64,000 bases of DNA from an uncultured Nitrososphaerota archaeon. Lineage in GTDB: Archaea > Thermoproteota > Nitrososphaeria > Nitrososphaerales > CADDZS01. Both the position numbers and the translations under genes were made by a program. Below are positions 60,288 through 64,000 of this stretch, piece after piece (position 1 is the stretch's first letter; each line of letters starts with the position of its first letter). The notes below the pieces were generated by a model. It made no database searches. It had not been told where the DNA came from and saw only the letters and a program-made list of their open reading frames with translations. The DNA is taken from contig CAWCYI010000004.1 of assembly GCA_963799845.1 (NCBI GenBank), forward strand, positions 1,664,001-1,728,000, given 5' to 3'.

Positions 60288-62594
60288 ATGAAAACAAGGA
60301 CGAAGGTATCCATCGCAACGCCGTTACTACTTTTAGCAGTCTTACTCACAGCAAATTTCGCGACAATTTTCGCGCAATCAAATTCGAACTCTAACACTAC
60401 TACGCCGATAAAACACGTGGTAGTAATCTTCCAGGAGAACGTCTCGTTTGACCATTACTTCGGGACTTACCCCAACGCAGCAAACCTGCCCAACGAACCG
60501 CAGTTCACGGCCGCTCCGGGAACGCCCACTGTCAATGGACTCACTGGCGCGCTGTTGACAAGCAATCCCAACGAGCTGGTGACCGGGAATCCCACCGACA
60601 ACCCGGCGAGGCTTGATCGCACCGAGCCAGTTACGTGCGACAACGATCACGATTACACCGCAGAACAAGCTGCCTTCAACGGCGGATTGATGAACATGTT
60701 TCCCGAGCAGACCAGCTGCAGCGACGGTCTCGTCATGGACTACTACGACGGGAACACCGTGACCGCCCTCTGGAACTACGCACAGAACTATGCTCTCGAC
60801 GACAACTTCTTCGGTACTACCTTCGGACCATCAACACCTGGAGCACTGAACCTGATATCGGGCATTGGCGGCCCTATGATCGCGACACTTCCTGGCGGAA
60901 CGACTACTAATAACGTGGCCGGAGTTCTCGCCAATGGACAGGTAATCGGAGACTCCGACCCAACATTCGACGATTGCTCAAGCACAACGAGCCCAACACT
61001 AGCGATGACTCCTTCCAGTGGAGCAGGCGCGCCCCAGAACATTGGAAACCTTCTCAATAATGCTGGCCTGACGTGGGGTTGGTTCCAGGGCGGGTTCACG
61101 CCCACAGTTCCATACAATCCGGTGACGGGCTCCCCGGCAGTTTGCGGCTCATCCAATGTCCAGGTAGGCGGAACGACCGAGGCCGCTTACAGTGCTCACC
61201 ACGAGCCGTTCCAGTACTTCGCCTCAACCTCGAACCCCCACCACTTGCCACCGAGCTCGCCTTCCATGATTGGCTACACCGATCAGGCAAACCACCAGTA
61301 CGACCTTTCCTCTTTCTGGATCGCGGCTGACTCGGGCAACCTGCCGGCGGTCAGTTTCTTGAAGGCAGACAGGTTCCAGGACGGACACCCGGCCAATTCC
61401 GATCCGCTCGATGAACAGGCTTGGCTCGTCAACACCATAAACAAGCTCGAAAGCCTCCCCACGTGGAGCAGCACGGCCATCTTCATCACATGGGACGACT
61501 CCGACGGCTGGTACGATCACGTCATGGGCCCGATTGTAAGCCCATCCAGCGACCCCACAAATGATGTCCTCAACGGAGTCACTTGTGGTACCGGGACCTC
61601 GCCATTGGGTGTTCAGGACAGGTGCGGCTACGGACCGAGGATCCCGCTTCTCGTGATCTCTCCATACGCCAAGCAGAACTTTGTCGACAACACTCTCACC
61701 GACCAGTCGTCAATTCTCAGGTTCGTCGAGGACAATTGGAATCTCGGGAGCGTGGGCCCTAGTTCCTTCGACAACCTCGCAGGCAGCCTGCTCAAAATGT
61801 TCAATTTCAACTCGCCCCAGAGAGGGCCTGGATTCTTTCTCAACCCATCCACCGGAGAGCAGGTCTCTGTTGGTGGATCTCACGGCGGCAAGGTCGGACT
61901 GGACACAACTTCGATGTGCACCGACCAGAACACCAATCCGGACGTTTGCGCCCTCCAATCGAACTTTAACGGAGAGGCCATCGCAAGTGGGGATTACGTC
62001 TGGTTCAGCAGCGTCCTGAACCTGGACTCGCAGGTTCCCACCGTGGGACTCACGATCCACTTTAGCGGTCAGTGGATTTTCGCCCAGCTTCAAGACGGCA
62101 CTACACTGAGCCTACCGGCTCCAAACGCCGAAGTGATTTACAGCCCGACTGCAACCACATCGACGACCAGCTTCACCAGTGGCCAGTGGGTAACGACTGT
62201 GCCCTCGAGCTACACGGGGAATGTATTTCTCTCTGGTCTCGCCTACCAGGTCCCAGCCGGTGTTTCACTGCAGAGAGCCCAGGTAACGTGGACTGGCACC
62301 ATCAGTGGCACGACAAACTCGTTCCACATCGGATGGGAGTGGGCGACAGCAGCATACAGCGGCTTCGGTGCTCTCACCATAACTAACACGAACGCGCTCT
62401 ACAACGGTCTCGGCATCAAACCAATCGACGCAAACACCGGCAATCCGTACCTCAACAACGATAACGCTGGAACTCCAGAGAACTTTGAGTCGAACGTCAT
62501 CCCAGGAGCGACCGGCAACGGAGGAACGGATTACACAGGCTTCTACAGTAACTCCGGCACGGCGCTGTACCAGGCATACCTGCTGAATCAGTAG
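60288..62594 (+). CDS. secreted phosphoesterase (AcpA / phospholipase C family) with extra C-terminal domain
   Basis: Signal peptide, QENVSFDHYFG, GPSTPGA, DGHP, WDDSDGWYDHV, GPRIP. Confidence 0.9.
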   Translation: MKTRTKVSIATPLLLLAVLLTANFATIFAQSNSNSNTTTPIKHVVVIFQENVSFDHYFGTYPNAANLPNEPQFTAAPGTPTVNGLTGALLTSNPNELVTGNPTDNPARLDRTEPVTCDNDHDYTAEQAAFNGGLMNMFPEQTSCSDGLVMDYYDGNTVTALWNYAQNYALDDNFFGTTFGPSTPGALNLISGIGGPMIATLPGGTTTNNVAGVLANGQVIGDSDPTFDDCSSTTSPTLAMTPSSGAGAPQNIGNLLNNAGLTWGWFQGGFTPTVPYNPVTGSPAVCGSSNVQVGGTTEAAYSAHHEPFQYFASTSNPHHLPPSSPSMIGYTDQANHQYDLSSFWIAADSGNLPAVSFLKADRFQDGHPANSDPLDEQAWLVNTINKLESLPTWSSTAIFITWDDSDGWYDHVMGPIVSPSSDPTNDVLNGVTCGTGTSPLGVQDRCGYGPRIPLLVISPYAKQNFVDNTLTDQSSILRFVEDNWNLGSVGPSSFDNLAGSLLKMFNFNSPQRGPGFFLNPSTGEQVSVGGSHGGKVGLDTTSMCTDQNTNPDVCALQSNFNGEAIASGDYVWFSSVLNLDSQVPTVGLTIHFSGQWIFAQLQDGTTLSLPAPNAEVIYSPTATTSTTSFTSGQWVTTVPSSYTGNVFLSGLAYQVPAGVSLQRAQVTWTGTISGTTNSFHIGWEWATAAYSGFGALTITNTNALYNGLGIKPIDANTGNPYLNNDNAGTPENFESNVIPGATGNGGTDYTGFYSNSGTALYQAYLLNQ

Positions 62595-62612
62595 AAACTC
62601 CGCAAAAGAAAG

Positions 62613-62648
62613 CGGGGAGGAAAGACCTCCCCATTCTCTCCTTTTTCC
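62613..62648 (+). terminator. hairpin plus pyrimidine tract after the phosphoesterase gene
   Basis: GGGGAGG-aaaga-CCTCCCC followed by a T/C-rich run. Confidence 0.6.
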
Positions 62649-62797
62649 TAATCTGATATTCCATGTCATAAACGAAAACGTTTCAGCATAAGATAGCACT
62701 CTGTGGTAAGTATCAATACTACACGAAATCAAATCCCTCATTTGCAAACTCGAAACCGTTATTCAAGAGGGTTTAACAAGGAGACATACTTCGGGAT

Positions 62798-63325
62798 GTG
62801 ATTCATGGCTTACAAATCAGTGAGGGACACCCGATGATCGAGGTGAAAACTCTCCCCCCTGAAAGATGGAGAGAAGCAATGGAACTGCGATTGCGAGCGC
62901 TTAAAACTGACCCGATTGCCTTCGGGAGTTCGTACGAAGAGGAAGAGAATTTCACCGAAGCTGAATGGCAGAGGCGAATGGAGAACGCTTTATTCGCGCT
63001 GTCAGACGGCAAACCTGTAGGAACCTTAACCTATCTTTTCAATAACAGGGTAAAGACAAAACATATTGCTCGAATCTTTGGCGTGTACGTAGATCCAAAT
63101 TACCGTGGTCACGGCATCGGTAAGAAATTACTTGAAAATGCATTAGAGCTAATTCAAGAGAATAAAGATGTCATGAAAATGCAGCTTATGGTGAATCAGA
63201 AACAGAACGCGGCTGTTGCGCTCTACAAAAACATGGGTTTCGTCGTAGTTGGTCAAATGAAGAAGGAAATCAAAGTCGGCGAAGAATTCTATGACGAGTT
63301 AATCATGGAAAAGATGCGATTTTAA
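62798..63325 (+). CDS. GNAT N-acetyltransferase
   Basis: LRLRAL..DP.AF, YVDPNYRGHGIG, LYKNMGF. Confidence 0.9.
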   Translation: MIHGLQISEGHPMIEVKTLPPERWREAMELRLRALKTDPIAFGSSYEEEENFTEAEWQRRMENALFALSDGKPVGTLTYLFNNRVKTKHIARIFGVYVDPNYRGHGIGKKLLENALELIQENKDVMKMQLMVNQKQNAAVALYKNMGFVVVGQMKKEIKVGEEFYDELIMEKMRF

Positions 63326-63577
63326 TAAAAAAAATCTGGTCTCCAAATGAAGCCGAAGCACGCGATCTGACTGTACCTGAGAGCTAGACACTCAGCGAGA
63401 GTAAATTCCTTAATCGAGCATTCAAGCGTTTTGCAAAAATCAGAGACCGCATCTTAAAAGTGTAAGGAGAGAGCTGCTGGAGACCGAGGTTGAATGTACA
63501 GATAGGTCTTTTCTAACGAGGCTTTCAGCTAAGCACAAGCAATAAGACATCTTAAATCATGTTAGTATTGAAACTGA

Positions 63578-63835
63578 ATGAGCACATTCAAGATAGAAAA
63601 GACCCGAGTCAACGGTGAGAATAAGAGATCAGAAGGAGCAGGGGTGCTCACTTTGGGCCCGAGAGAAAGAGACTGGATAAGAAGTTGGGCTAAAGCCAAG
63701 AAGGCAAACGTTACGATCAATGGTTCCGAAGTTATACTCTCCGGCAATATCACGGTTGAGGACGTCAAGAATTTGAAGTCTTTGCTAAAGGATTACAGAA
63801 AGAGTTCTAACATCGGGTTCGTTGATAGCGTATGA
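63578..63835 (+). CDS. small hypothetical protein
   Basis: 85-aa ATG-started ORF with an AT-rich upstream region. Confidence 0.5.
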   Translation: MSTFKIEKTRVNGENKRSEGAGVLTLGPRERDWIRSWAKAKKANVTINGSEVILSGNITVEDVKNLKSLLKDYRKSSNIGFVDSV

Positions 63836-63918
63836 GTCTGACAGCTCAAACGCGGGGCCCAACCTTTTTGAAGTCGATTCACTTGAGCTCAGAACTATCT
63901 CCTTGATTGCCCTAAACC

Positions 63919-64000
63919 TTAGTTAACGATAGAAATGCTCGACTCACCATTCGCTTTTGAAACTTTAATCACCTGATCTGCAAAGCTTTCGAGCTCCCTT
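63919..64000 (-). CDS. C-terminus of an SMC/Rad50(SbcC)-like ATPase, truncated by the window
   Basis: Translates as RELESFADQVIKVSKANGESSISIVN*, the typical segment after the His-loop. Confidence 0.6.
   Translation of the reverse strand, partial: RELESFADQVIKVSKANGESSISIVN

Overview
Archaeal chromosomal segment, most likely a heterotrophic non-ammonia-oxidising Nitrososphaerota (Thaumarchaeota). This is inferred from the extended DUF309 gene, a divergent FtsZ-like gene, archaeal-type APC permeases ending in PPE, V4R proteins and frequent TTG/GTG starts. I saw no rRNA, tRNA or CRISPR array. The window holds: (i) a small-ORF, hairpin-rich island at about 1.4-3.7 kb; (ii) a HIT hydrolase / editing-less bacterial-type AlaRS / GNAT run with a second GNAT copy, DUF4037, MBL and RidA nearby; (iii) an 11-kb amine/amino-acid catabolic cluster whose families parallel the ectoine doe/eut genes; (iv) four V4R-type regulatory genes interrupted by an RHH-RelE/YafQ toxin-antitoxin pair; (v) two ABC-2 exporters, an MFS transporter, NAD-dependent formate dehydrogenase, gdhA, an M42 peptidase, a cyclase and a secreted phosphoesterase; (vi) two paralogous stand-alone B-box-like zinc fingers; (vii) a dispersed non-coding repeat built on an AGAGCT-N7/8-AGCTCT dyad, with a flipped spacer and a helically phased AGCT array. 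About ten genes carry single-base indels, probably long-read errors. Both ends of the window cut genes: a helical protein on the left and the C-terminus of an SMC/Rad50-like ATPase on the right. All family assignments come from motif recognition by eye, not from database searches.
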